A DNA stretch of 64,000 nucleotides from Candidatus Nomurabacteria bacterium (GCA_020632215.1 JACKFZ010000007.1:1187-65186); one strand, 5' to 3'. Shown: positions 17,805-26,626, counted from the stretch's first letter. Notes: generated from the letters alone by a model not told the origin. A program made the numbers and translations.

Positions 17805-20018
17805 TTAAACAATTGGCCATTTTTCTACCATCAAGATATTCTTTTCTTTATTTTGAGGTAATGATTGCCAGATTTCTTCTGTGACAAAAGGAGTAAAAGG
17901 GTGAAGAGCTTTCAGTATATTTGTTAATGAATTCAGGAGTAGATTTTTTCTTGAAATTATTTCTTCTGATGTTCCTTTTTCAAAAATATTTTTACTTTCT
18001 TCAAGGATGATGTCTGCAAATTCATGCCATACATAGTGATAAAGTTTTTCACCAGCAAGATAAAGTCTGTAATTTTCTATATCTTCCGTTACTTCTTTTA
18101 GAATTTCTTTTTGACTATCAATGATAGTTTTATCTGCTGGAGAGTAAGCTGAAAAATCTTTTGTATATTCAATATCACTAGTATTTTCAATAACAAATCT
18201 AGAAATATTCCAAAGCTTATTTGCAAACTTTTTATAAGCTTTGATTTTATTCTCTGACATATTACTGTCGCTACCAGGACCAACTCCAATGATGAGAGAA
18301 AGGCGAACAGCGTCAGCTCCGTATTTTTCTGAAACTTCTAATGGATCAATGATGTTACCAAGAGACTTGGACATTTTTCTTCCTTTTTCATCACGAACAA
18401 GTCCATGTAGATAAACACTTTTGAAAGGAATATCTCCAACAAGATATGTGCTCATCAAAATCATTCTAGCAACCCAGAAAAATAGAATGTCATAGCCAGT
18501 TTCTAGCAAATCAGTTGGATGATAATTTTTAAAATCATTCGTCTCTTCGGGCCATCCTAAAGTAGAGAAGGTCCAAAGACCAGAAGAAAACCAAGTGTCT
18601 AAAGTGTCTTCATCTTGAGTCCATCCAGATTCTGTAGGAGCTTCTACACCGACATATATTTCATTTTCTTTGTACCAAACAGGAATTTGATGTCCGTACC
18701 AAATTTGTCTTGAAATACACCAGTCACGCAAATTATCAATCCATTGGAAGTATGTTTTCTCAAATCTATCAGGAACTATATTTATTTGATTTGATCTTAC
18801 AACATGTTGCATCAACTCTTTCAAGGAAACTTCTTGTTCGTTTTTAATACCTTTTAATTTTGAATTTTTAATTTTAAATTTTCTATTTACATCTATAAAC
18901 CACTGTCTCATTATTTGTGGTTCTATAACCGCCTCAGTTCTTTCTGCTGTAGCGATATTGTGAACATAGTTTTCATCTGTTTTTTCGACAAGACCTTTTT
19001 GTGCCAATTTTTCTATGATCTTTTCTCGCGCTTCTCTGATTTTCATACCTGCAAATTCACCAGCGATAGGAAGAAGTTTACCGTACTTGTCGATTATTTG
19101 TTCTTTATCTAAATTATGTCGCTCTGCAATTTCAAAGTCCGTAGAGTCATGCCAAGGAGTGATAGTCATAACACCTGTTCCAAATTCCATATCAACAGAT
19201 TCATCCTTGATAATGGTTGCTGTAATAGGTCCATTAATCCATTCCAATTCTATAGTTTGACCATCTTTGTATTCAGCATATCGTTTATCTTCTGGATGCA
19301 TAACGACATACTTGTCACCAAACTTTGTTTCTGGTCGGGCTGTTCCTATAACGAAAGGACCATATTTAAGATAATAGAATTTACCTTTCTCTTCTTTTCG
19401 AACTATCTCATCATCAGAAATAGTTGTCTGACCTTTTGGATCCCAGTTTACAATTCTATCTCCGCGATAAATCAAGCCATCATCGTACATTTTTTTGAAA
19501 GCTGTTCTTACGGCAACTTCTCTTGTTTTGTCTAATGTAAAAGCTTCTCTAGACCAGTCTAGAGACGAACCCATTTTTTTGGTTTGATTGATTATCGTGT
19601 CGTGACTCTCTTGTGCAAACTGACTAACTTTTTTTATAAATTCTTCTCGGCCCAAATCTTGTTTTCTAATTTTTTCTTTTTCCAAAATTTTCTCAACTTT
19701 TGATTGAGTAGCAATAGCGGCATGATCTGTTCCAGGAACCCACAAAGTTCTTTTTCCTTTCATTCTGTGATATCGGACTATGATGTCTTCGATAGCAAGC
19801 ATGACAGCATGACCTATGTGTAGTGTGCCGGTGACATTTGGTGGAGGAAGAACAATAGAGAACTTTTCTGCATCTTTGTCTGTAACACCAGCTTTGATAC
19901 ATTCATCAGGATTAAAAAAACCACTTTCTTCCCAAAGTTTATATATCTCATCCTCTGTAGCTGTCGGATCGTAAGGTTTAAGAAACTTCTCATCCAGATG
20001 CTCATTAGCTTTATCCAT
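17805..20018 (-). CDS. valS: valyl-tRNA synthetase (compact 737-aa form)
   Basis: 'PPPNVTGTLHIGHA', 'RYHRMKGKRTLWVPGTDHAAIATQ', 'KMSKSLGN'; lacks the long C-terminal coiled coil. Confidence 0.85.
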   Translation of the reverse strand: MDKANEHLDEKFLKPYDPTATEDEIYKLWEESGFFNPDECIKAGVTDKDAEKFSIVLPPPNVTGTLHIGHAVMLAIEDIIVRYHRMKGKRTLWVPGTDHAAIATQSKVEKILEKEKIRKQDLGREEFIKKVSQFAQESHDTIINQTKKMGSSLDWSREAFTLDKTREVAVRTAFKKMYDDGLIYRGDRIVNWDPKGQTTISDDEIVRKEEKGKFYYLKYGPFVIGTARPETKFGDKYVVMHPEDKRYAEYKDGQTIELEWINGPITATIIKDESVDMEFGTGVMTITPWHDSTDFEIAERHNLDKEQIIDKYGKLLPIAGEFAGMKIREAREKIIEKLAQKGLVEKTDENYVHNIATAERTEAVIEPQIMRQWFIDVNRKFKIKNSKLKGIKNEQEVSLKELMQHVVRSNQINIVPDRFEKTYFQWIDNLRDWCISRQIWYGHQIPVWYKENEIYVGVEAPTESGWTQDEDTLDTWFSSGLWTFSTLGWPEETNDFKNYHPTDLLETGYDILFFWVARMILMSTYLVGDIPFKSVYLHGLVRDEKGRKMSKSLGNIIDPLEVSEKYGADAVRLSLIIGVGPGSDSNMSENKIKAYKKFANKLWNISRFVIENTSDIEYTKDFSAYSPADKTIIDSQKEILKEVTEDIENYRLYLAGEKLYHYVWHEFADIILEESKNIFEKGTSEEIISRKNLLLNSLTNILKALHPFTPFVTEEIWQSLPQNKEKNILMVEKWPIV

Positions 20019-20071
20019 ATCGTCAAATACTAGCAGAAATACGGTCTAAAATGAAGGTGGTAAGGGAGTAG

Positions 20072-20113
20072 ATAAAAAATCGCCGGGGCGGGAATGTATG
20101 ATATACATCCCGC
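20072..20113 (-). terminator. Rho-independent terminator on the minus strand at the end of the GC-rich non-coding region
   Basis: Minus strand 'GCGGGATGTATATCATACATTCCCGCCCCGGCGATTTTTT'. Confidence 0.5.
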
Positions 20114-20940
20114 ATGATCCCGGCGCAAGGTTTCAGAGTAGTTGATCCGAAAGTTGTTAAAAACTCGCATTGTGTTTCCAGAACTGGAACAATAGAAGAC
20201 CGTGCCTCTATCTGGTTTCACCCAACAATGAAAGTCACACAGTGCTTAGGCGACCTGTGGTAACGTAACTTTCTTCCCTAGGGACCCCGAAGAGTCCTTT
20301 CACACATCACCCGTCAACCTTAATATTTCAACCACAACATTACAATGAAATTAAATATTAGTCAAATAGAAAAAAAGGCGAAGAGGAGAGAGCCTTTTTG
20401 TGTGATGAGCAAGTCGAATCTCGGCGCTTCTGCCAAAGTTCCGGATTCTGGGCTCCTCTCCTCTTCGTCCCACCAAAATACTACTAAAAGTTAAATATGT
20501 CAAACAAAAAGCAAATAAAAAGAAAGGGCGCGCTCGTAATCCAGTTTGTTGTCAGCTCAGGAATCGGACCACGAGGCGCCATAAAATCTGGAGAAAAGGA
20601 GGGGTAGAGAGCACTTGCAACAGTGGAATCTTTACTACCTCCTCTTCTTTCTTTGATGTTGATAGCGCTCTGGGCCACCGCCGGGGGTAAGATTGGGTGG
20701 ATGAGCCCCATCCTGCTACCCAATCACCACACCGGCGGTGGCCTCTGAGACAACAACACAAGCCAAATCTACATTTGATTCTACATTTAACACAGAGATT
20801 GTCAAATCACAAACAAACAAAAAGAAAAGAAGGGCCGGAGCAACCCAAGGTTGGCGCGATAACAACGGGTTATCGCTTTGGAAACGTCACCAACCCTCCT
20901 GGTTCGGGTTGTCCGGCGTTCTGAGTCTAACTCTTTCTGT

Positions 20941-22209
20941 CTAAGAATTCAAACTTAAATTTCCTTCTGCTTTGATTTCTGGATTTACAACAGCTTGCTC
21001 TCTAAAACTTTTTAAATATCCAGCCATACCTATCATCACTGCATTGTCAGTTGATAGCTTTTGCTCAGGGAAAAAGACTTCGATATCTTTTTCTTCAACT
21101 AACTCTTGTAGGTTTTTTCTAATATATTGATTTGATATAACACCTCCTCCAACTATTAGATTTTTAATATCAAATTGATCTATAGCATCTGTTACTTTTT
21201 TCTTTAAAACATCGACAATAGCTTGTTCAAATTCTCTAGCAATTATTTTCTTCATATCATCAGAAATTTCTCCTAGCTCTTGAGTTTTGTATAAAACAGC
21301 AGTTTTTAATCCTGAAAAAGAAAAATCAAAGTCTTTACTATTGACCATTGGTCTTGGGAAGGAGATTTCAGAAAAAGGTAAATCTTTTTCTCTAGCTTCC
21401 TCTGCTAGCTTGGCAATTTCTGGTCCACCTGGATATGGGAGACCTAATAATCTAGCCACTTTGTCATAGGCTTCACCGACAGCATCATCTTTGGTTTGAC
21501 CTATAACTTCATATTTTCCCCATGATTTTATTAAAACTAACTCAGTATGACCGCCAGAAATAAGAAGAGCTAAGGTAGGGAAGTTGATTTTCGGATTTCG
21601 AATTTCGGATTTAGTGCTTCCTCGATTTTGATTAATCAAAATCGAGGATATGTGTCCTTCCATATGATTCACAGGTAAAAGAGGTATTTGCCAAACAATA
21701 GAAAGCGCTTTTGCAAAATTAATACCTGTCCATAGGCAAGGTTCTAGTCCAGGTCCAGATGTTACGGTAATAAGGTCAAGATCAGGTTTTTCGTGTGTTT
21801 CCAAAAAAGAAAAAAGTTTTTCAGTTAATTGAGGTTCTCTTTCCAAAAGTTTTTGGATTTCATCTGTTTTGTCATTCAAGACTTGTTCTGGGATTTCATC
21901 TGTTTTGTCATCCCGGACTTGATCCGGGATCTTGTTAGAATTACTTTCTGTTTGGAATTTGGAATTTGGAATTTGGTTTTTTGTGATTTGGAATTTGGAA
22001 TTTAATTCCTCCAAAAGGGGCACCAAATTTCTCGCATGTTCTCTTTTTGCCACAGCAGGAAAAACCCCTCCATATTCTTTGTGTATATCTATTTGAGAGT
22101 TTAAAGCTTCTGAAATAATTTCAAACTTAGGATTATCTAAATCACCTTCTGCTTCAATAATTGCTAAAGCCGTTTCATCACAAGATGTTTCTATGGATAG
22201 GATTTTCAT
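20941..22209 (-). CDS. tsaD: tRNA N6-adenosine threonylcarbamoyltransferase TsaD (Kae1/Gcp) with a ~60-aa low-complexity insertion
   Basis: 'MKILSIETSCDETALAII', 'TVTSGPGLEP', 'LLISGGHTELVL', 'FSGLKTAV' TsaD motifs; the insertion carries 'IPDQVRDDKTDE/IPEQVLNDKTDE' and 'NSKFQ' repeats. Confidence 0.85.
   Translation of the reverse strand: MKILSIETSCDETALAIIEAEGDLDNPKFEIISEALNSQIDIHKEYGGVFPAVAKREHARNLVPLLEELNSKFQITKNQIPNSKFQTESNSNKIPDQVRDDKTDEIPEQVLNDKTDEIQKLLEREPQLTEKLFSFLETHEKPDLDLITVTSGPGLEPCLWTGINFAKALSIVWQIPLLPVNHMEGHISSILINQNRGSTKSEIRNPKINFPTLALLISGGHTELVLIKSWGKYEVIGQTKDDAVGEAYDKVARLLGLPYPGGPEIAKLAEEAREKDLPFSEISFPRPMVNSKDFDFSFSGLKTAVLYKTQELGEISDDMKKIIAREFEQAIVDVLKKKVTDAIDQFDIKNLIVGGGVISNQYIRKNLQELVEEKDIEVFFPEQKLSTDNAVMIGMAGYLKSFREQAVVNPEIKAEGNLSLNS
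21856..22012. repeat. DNA-level tandem repeats inside the tsaD coding sequence
   Basis: (GGAATTT)n runs 'TTGGAATTTGGAATTTGGAATTTGG...GGAATTTGGAATTT' and a direct repeat 'GGGATTTCATCTGTTTTGTCAT' x2; contains the palindrome 'GACTTGATCCGGGATC', also seen at 35650. Confidence 0.6.
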
Positions 22210-22213
22210 TATG

Positions 22214-22287
22214 TGAGTAATACAGGACTTGAACCTGTGACCTCCACTACGTCAAAGTGGCGCTCTAGCCAACTGAGCTAATTACTC
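22214..22287 (-). tRNA. tRNA-Val (anticodon GAC)
   Basis: Reverse complement 'GAGTAATTAGCTCAGTTGGCTAGAGCGCCACTTTGACGTAGTGGAGGTCACAGGTTCAAGTCCTGTATTACTCA'; the 3' end is 4 nt from the tsaD start codon. Confidence 0.85.
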
Positions 22288-22971
22288 ATTTTGTTCGGAT
22301 ACTTTATCACAAAAGTATGCACTTAAAAACATTAATTCTCGAGATATTTGAACTCTCCCTATTCTTACCAGACAGACACCCTTATAGTGGCTGTAGGTTC
22401 TTTTTCCTAACGTTCGTTTGTCAAAAAAGGTATGTTTAAAATTATCTTTTGGTATTTTAAGCGACTTCGACCAGTATTCAGTTAGCTCCTTTTCATCTTG
22501 GTCTGATCTTAAATGTAGATCACAATAAAAATCTGTATAGTCCAAGTCATACAATTTAATTATTGATTCTATAAAAAACTTCAAGATAATGGGATTTGAA
22601 TTGCCCATACCAGTATCGCCAGTTTTAAATCCTTCCCCTAGATATAGTAGGGCAAGCGCAAGCTTTAAGACACTTTTGTCCCCCAAATGTATTTTAGTCA
22701 ATGTCTCCTTTGCTTTATCTTTTGCAATAGAAATTCTTTTTTCTTTTTCTGCAATATGCCACTCCTTTGCTTTTTCTCTTGCCTTAACCAATCCTTTTTG
22801 CCATTCTCCTTTTAACTTTTCTTTTTGTTTTTGAGTAAGTTGTATGTTTTTAAACCATCCACTTAAAGTGGACTTAGGAATGTTCAGTCTATCACTTATC
22901 TTTCTGATAGATACACCTTGCCTCCGTAAGTTAAGAGCCTTTTCTTTGCTTGAACCACTATACATTAGCAA
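22282..22971 (-). CDS. HTH-domain protein with a possible degenerate single LAGLIDADG motif
   Basis: N-terminal 'RRQGVSIRKISDRLNIPKSTLSGWF' helix-turn-helix; 'LALALLYLGEGFKTGDTG' loosely resembles LAGLIDADG; sits between tRNA-Val and tRNA-Glu. Confidence 0.3.
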   Translation of the reverse strand: MLMYSGSSKEKALNLRRQGVSIRKISDRLNIPKSTLSGWFKNIQLTQKQKEKLKGEWQKGLVKAREKAKEWHIAEKEKRISIAKDKAKETLTKIHLGDKSVLKLALALLYLGEGFKTGDTGMGNSNPIILKFFIESIIKLYDLDYTDFYCDLHLRSDQDEKELTEYWSKSLKIPKDNFKHTFFDKRTLGKRTYSHYKGVCLVRIGRVQISRELMFLSAYFCDKVSEQNE

Positions 22972-23073
22972 TTATTATATATCAGTGGTTTACTTCGTGA
23001 AAGTTTGTAAGACAAAAAATTCAAATCTTCTTTGCCTTTTTACAAAAAAATGATATATTTTGTTGCACTAAAT

Positions 23074-23145
23074 GGCCCTATCGTCTAACGGTTAGGACAG
23101 CAGGTTTTCATTCTGCAAATCGGGGTTCGATTCCCCGTAGGGTCA
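23074..23145 (+). tRNA. tRNA-Glu (anticodon TTC)
   Basis: 'GGCCCTATCGTCTAACGGTTAGGACAGCAGGTTTTCATTCTGCAAATCGGGGTTCGATTCCCCGTAGGGTCA'. Confidence 0.85.
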
Positions 23146-23250
23146 CACGATAAAAAATACATATAGCGAAGCGATATGTATTTTTGTATCGCTTAGATCT
23201 TGCGAATTTTCGTTAAAGCCTGCCCCGTAAATGAGCGGAGCGAATTATAC

Positions 23251-23273
23251 GGGGATTCCCCGTAGGGTCACCA
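23251..23273 (+). repeat. direct repeat of the tRNA-Glu 3' end (att-like), opening the cassette-like array
   Basis: 'GGGGATTCCCCGTAGGGTCACCA' shares 17 identical nt ('ATTCCCCGTAGGGTCAC') with the tRNA 3' terminus, 106 bp downstream of the gene. Confidence 0.7.
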
Positions 23274-23307
23274 TTTAGAGCGCTAGTGTGAGCGCTCGAG
23301 AAACATT

Positions 23308-24147
23308 ATGAATAAACAAGATAGAATAGAAGAATTAAAGAAAATCGGTGTAGCAAAAGAACTATACGTGCTACCTGATTTGATAGAAGATTCTAATTTT
23401 CAAAATTTATTAAATCCACAGGAAATAAATGTTCTGCAAAATCTAAAACAAAACCTTAGAACAGTTACTAATTATAGCGGTATAGTCGCTGATATAGTCT
23501 CAAAATATTATGGATATAAAATATCTAAAGACGTTAATTTAAATTCACTAGAAGAGAAAGTTAATTCGTTAGAAGGAAAGATTTCAGAAAGTAAAAAATC
23601 TCTTGAAGAAGTAGAAAATTTTGCCGAAGTGGCAAAGGGTGCTGGCGCAATGAAGTCTTATGCAAAGATTTTTAAAACTAGAGCAACAAGACATAAGGAG
23701 AAGGCGGATATTCAGTTTAAATATTATTTAATAAGTTTATTTAGTCTGCTTCTTATTACATGGATGGTTTTCTTCTTTAATGTTGTGGAGTTTAATTTTG
23801 TAAAAAATATTATAGCCGAAGATATTTTATTTAAATTTAATATAGGTATTTTTACATTCAAAATACTACTTTTGATTTTTATATTTCAAATCTCTCAATT
23901 CTTTAAGAAATCCTATAATGCAGAGAAACATTTGGAAGAAGTTTATTCAAACAGAAGTGATGTGCTTAATTCTTTACATGCTGTCTATGTATCGATTGAA
24001 AATCCTGTTGAAAAAGATAGGCTATTAAGTATAGGGGCAACTTTTGCATATGAAAGAGGTGAAACTGGTTATATAACTACAAAAGAGGGTGCTGGTGGAG
24101 ATGATGATTATATTGCAAACCTAATAAGCCGATTATTGAGTAAGTAA
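23308..24147 (+). CDS. hypothetical protein: cytoplasmic coiled-coil N-domain, two TM helices, C-domain (array unit 1)
   Basis: 279-aa ORF; hydrophobic 'YYLISLFSLLLITWMVFFF' and 'IGIFTFKILLLIFIFQI'; no recognised motif. Confidence 0.4.
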   Translation: MNKQDRIEELKKIGVAKELYVLPDLIEDSNFQNLLNPQEINVLQNLKQNLRTVTNYSGIVADIVSKYYGYKISKDVNLNSLEEKVNSLEGKISESKKSLEEVENFAEVAKGAGAMKSYAKIFKTRATRHKEKADIQFKYYLISLFSLLLITWMVFFFNVVEFNFVKNIIAEDILFKFNIGIFTFKILLLIFIFQISQFFKKSYNAEKHLEEVYSNRSDVLNSLHAVYVSIENPVEKDRLLSIGATFAYERGETGYITTKEGAGGDDDYIANLISRLLSK

Positions 24148-24281
24148 AAAATACTGCTCGAGAAGGGTCACTATGATATTGTTTAGCTATTAAAAATAGC
24201 CTTACAGACCTTAACCGACCACGGTTCCATCTCGATTCGGCTCACCATTTAGAGCGATAGTTCGAGTGCTCGATAAGTATC
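24148..24281 (+). repeat. inter-unit repeat (boundary motif plus tRNA-3'-half-like segment)
   Basis: 'GCTCGAGAAGGGTCACTATG...AGCCTTACAGACCTTAACCGACCACGGTTCCATCTCGATTCGGCTCACCATTTAGAGCGATAGTTCGAGTGCTCG'; related copies at 24950-25055 and 25330-25504. Confidence 0.6.
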
Positions 24282-24971
24282 ATGGCTGGGAAGAAACAAA
24301 AAATAGAATTCAAATTAGGTATTACTAAAAGAGGTGTTAAAGGTAAAGCAAGTTTCAATTTTGTTTTTACAGATAATGGGGATGTGTATATAACACCGAG
24401 ATTTAAAGAAAAACTATATAAGTCTACAAAAATAACACTACATCCACCAAACATAGAGTACCCTAACAATTACCAATCTTTTTCTTTTCAAAAAGATTCA
24501 ATACCTGATTTAGGAGAAAGCAAAAGACATATACAACAAACAAAGGGTGACTTTGATATAGGTCACGGTCTCCATTTCAGACAATCTATACTTATACATT
24601 CTAGTATATTAAAAAGAGCTTCAATGTTTAATGACACACAAACACATGTGGATATATATTTAGATAAAGGAGAAACAATATTGGATCTAACATTACTTTC
24701 CTCAAATAAAAAATTTAAAGGAATTCCTAATAGAAAACAGGGCTTTAAAAAACTCTTTGATGTTATCATAAAAGACTCTGTCCAATTCTGTTTGGTTTTT
24801 AAAGGTAGAAAAATTCTTTCAAAAGAGCTGCAAGAACTAGAAGAGGTATCAAAAAAAGATATCCATGATTTTGATGGAATTGTTACGATTGGCGGTAATA
24901 CAAAAAATGGATATCCTGTGATAACTTACTTGGATAAAGATTATTTAAGTGCTCGAGCGGGGTCAAAGTAA
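24282..24971 (+). CDS. hypothetical protein (array unit 2)
   Basis: 229-aa ORF, basic N-terminus; the 3' end 'GCTCGAGCGGGGTCAAAGTAA' overlaps the conserved boundary motif. Confidence 0.4.
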   Translation: MAGKKQKIEFKLGITKRGVKGKASFNFVFTDNGDVYITPRFKEKLYKSTKITLHPPNIEYPNNYQSFSFQKDSIPDLGESKRHIQQTKGDFDIGHGLHFRQSILIHSSILKRASMFNDTQTHVDIYLDKGETILDLTLLSSNKKFKGIPNRKQGFKKLFDVIIKDSVQFCLVFKGRKILSKELQELEEVSKKDIHDFDGIVTIGGNTKNGYPVITYLDKDYLSARAGSK

Positions 24972-25055
24972 TTTATAAATTCTATCTAAAATAACCTTAT
25001 GGGGCTTAATCGACTACGGTTCGAGAGGATTTGATAAATTTGATATAATTTATAG
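24972..25055 (+). repeat. inter-unit repeat
   Basis: 'AAAATAACCTTATGGGGCTTAATCGACTACGGTTCGAGAGGATTTG' is homologous to the 24190 and 25365 copies. Confidence 0.55.
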
Positions 25056-25352
25056 ATGATTTATTTATTATTGATTATAATAATTATTTTGTTGTTATAC
25101 ATAGCCTTTTTTACACCAGAAAAAAGAGAGCGACGAAACATAAGAAGGGTTCAGAAAATTTTTAATACCCCCTTACCAGAGCCACCATTATTTAAAATTG
25201 GTGATCCGAGAAATGAAACACACCCTGATGAGACGGTCACTTATGAATACCCAAGTGGAGAAAAAGGTATCAGTAATCGAAAATTGGCCACAATTATTTA
25301 TAAAATGGAGGAAAAAAATCATCCGCTCGAAAAGGGTCAAAATAATTTATAA
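25056..25352 (+). CDS. small hypothetical protein with N-terminal TM helix (array unit 3)
   Basis: 98-aa ORF; the 3' end 'GCTCGAAAAGGGTCAAAATAA' overlaps the boundary motif. Confidence 0.3.
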   Translation: MIYLLLIIIIILLLYIAFFTPEKRERRNIRRVQKIFNTPLPEPPLFKIGDPRNETHPDETVTYEYPSGEKGISNRKLATIIYKMEEKNHPLEKGQNNL

Positions 25353-25504
25353 ATTTATATTAAAATAAACCTTACAGGTCTTAATCGAGCGTGGTTCCAT
25401 CTCGATTCGGCTCACCGTGTGGCGAGCGTAGCGAGCTTTACACGGTCACCAAAACCGAGCATAGTTTATGGTACTCGAGTAAAATAAATTGTTATAATTA
25501 AAAT
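25353..25504 (+). repeat. inter-unit repeat
   Basis: 'AAACCTTACAGGTCTTAATCGAGCGTGGTTCCATCTCGATTCGGCTCACCGTGTGGCGAGCGTAGCGAGCTTTACACGGTCACC'. Confidence 0.6.
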
Positions 25505-25936
25505 ATGAAATTTCAGGGTAGAGAATATAGCACTATAACTGATCAAATACCATCAAAAAAATACTCACTGGATAATTTTTTAGTAGACTGTTTGAGCCAG
25601 GATAATGCATTAGACCCTGGCGAGATTGAACTATACGAAAAACGTTTATTGACTCCTATTTATGAAGAATATGCTGGTTTATTTGAATTAATTGAAGAAG
25701 ATGTAGACATAGCCTCAGAACAAAAAGAAAGGATTAAAAGTCAACTTAATAAATTAATGGGCTTATTTCAAGACATTTCTGTTAGAGACCCAAAAGACAT
25801 AATACTTTCACTACAAAGTCAGAAATATGGAAAAGATTGGCCGGATCAATTTTTTCAAGAGAGATTTGATCCACTAGTTGATATGATTATTAGAAAATTT
25901 ACTGATTCTATAAAAAATCTAGAGGATCAGAATTAA
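25505..25936 (+). CDS. acidic hypothetical protein (array unit 4)
   Basis: 143-aa ORF; followed at 25941 by another boundary-motif copy 'GCTTGAGAAGGTCCATAAAG'. Confidence 0.35.
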   Translation: MKFQGREYSTITDQIPSKKYSLDNFLVDCLSQDNALDPGEIELYEKRLLTPIYEEYAGLFELIEEDVDIASEQKERIKSQLNKLMGLFQDISVRDPKDIILSLQSQKYGKDWPDQFFQERFDPLVDMIIRKFTDSIKNLEDQN

Positions 25937-26041
25937 ATAAATGCTTGAGAAGGTCCATAAAGATTTACAAAAATCTATATCTATTTTAATATCACAAAGT
26001 CTCTATTTTTAAAATTTTTTAACTCAATAAAAGAAGCTAAA

Positions 26042-26626
26042 ATGCGCTACTCAATTTCAAATTTACTTCAAGCAGTTTTTAAACTTTGTGTTCGTTGGTG
26101 GAGAGGTTCTAATCCCAAAGTAGGTGTTCTTTGTGATGGACTGACATTCGTGATGGACAGAGCATCTATTTTGGAGGTTTTGGATAAAGCTTGTAAAGAT
26201 AGGCGACAAGAAAACACCCTCTCTATTGTCTTTGTTGATTTGTGTGGTTTGAAGGCTATAAATGATTTTCATGGTCATAACTATGGAGACGAATATCTTC
26301 GGCAGTTCACTCAAAGTCTTATTTTGCACCTCCGTCCCGATTCACGTATTGGGCGAATTGGTGGAGATGAATTTATTATCATTGTGGAATTAGAAAGTGA
26401 AAAAACTGAGAAAGTTATGGACAGAGTTCAGAAAGAAATCAGTGGGCGATTTACATTCAGTTTTGGGGTATCTGAATACCCTTCTGATTTTACAGACTCT
26501 ATAAGTAATTTGGTTAGTTTAGCTGAAGGACGCATGAGGAAAAGTAGGAATGGTTTATATTCTCGTCTTTCTCCTGAAAGTATTAAAGCTGCTAAAAAAT
26601 TTGTGAGTGGCTTAACTAAAAAGTAG
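26042..26626 (+). CDS. stand-alone minimal GGDEF-domain protein (putative diguanylate cyclase), no sensor domain
   Basis: 'IVFVDLCGLKAINDFHGHNYGDEYLRQF...RIGRIGGDEFIIIVE' closely matches the GGDEF core, including the GGDEF signature. Confidence 0.65.
   Translation: MRYSISNLLQAVFKLCVRWWRGSNPKVGVLCDGLTFVMDRASILEVLDKACKDRRQENTLSIVFVDLCGLKAINDFHGHNYGDEYLRQFTQSLILHLRPDSRIGRIGGDEFIIIVELESEKTEKVMDRVQKEISGRFTFSFGVSEYPSDFTDSISNLVSLAEGRMRKSRNGLYSRLSPESIKAAKKFVSGLTKK

Noticed and set aside
19015-19535. Plus-strand ORFs antisense to valS
   Set aside because: valS on the minus strand is unambiguous.
20380-20470. tmRNA, considered because a 'GAGATTCGAC' segment on the minus strand resembles the tmRNA 5' 'GGAUUCGAC'
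   Set aside because: No tRNA-like T-arm/acceptor with a CCA-proximal stem and no plausible tag ORF ending in Ala-Ala could be found on either strand. The resemblance is limited to about 8 nt.
20030-20944. Five short ORFs (63-79 aa) in the GC-rich intergenic region
   Set aside because: They overlap one another on both strands, are Arg/Pro/Gly-rich as expected from GC-rich non-coding DNA, and none has a plausible start context. The region is better explained as structured RNA.
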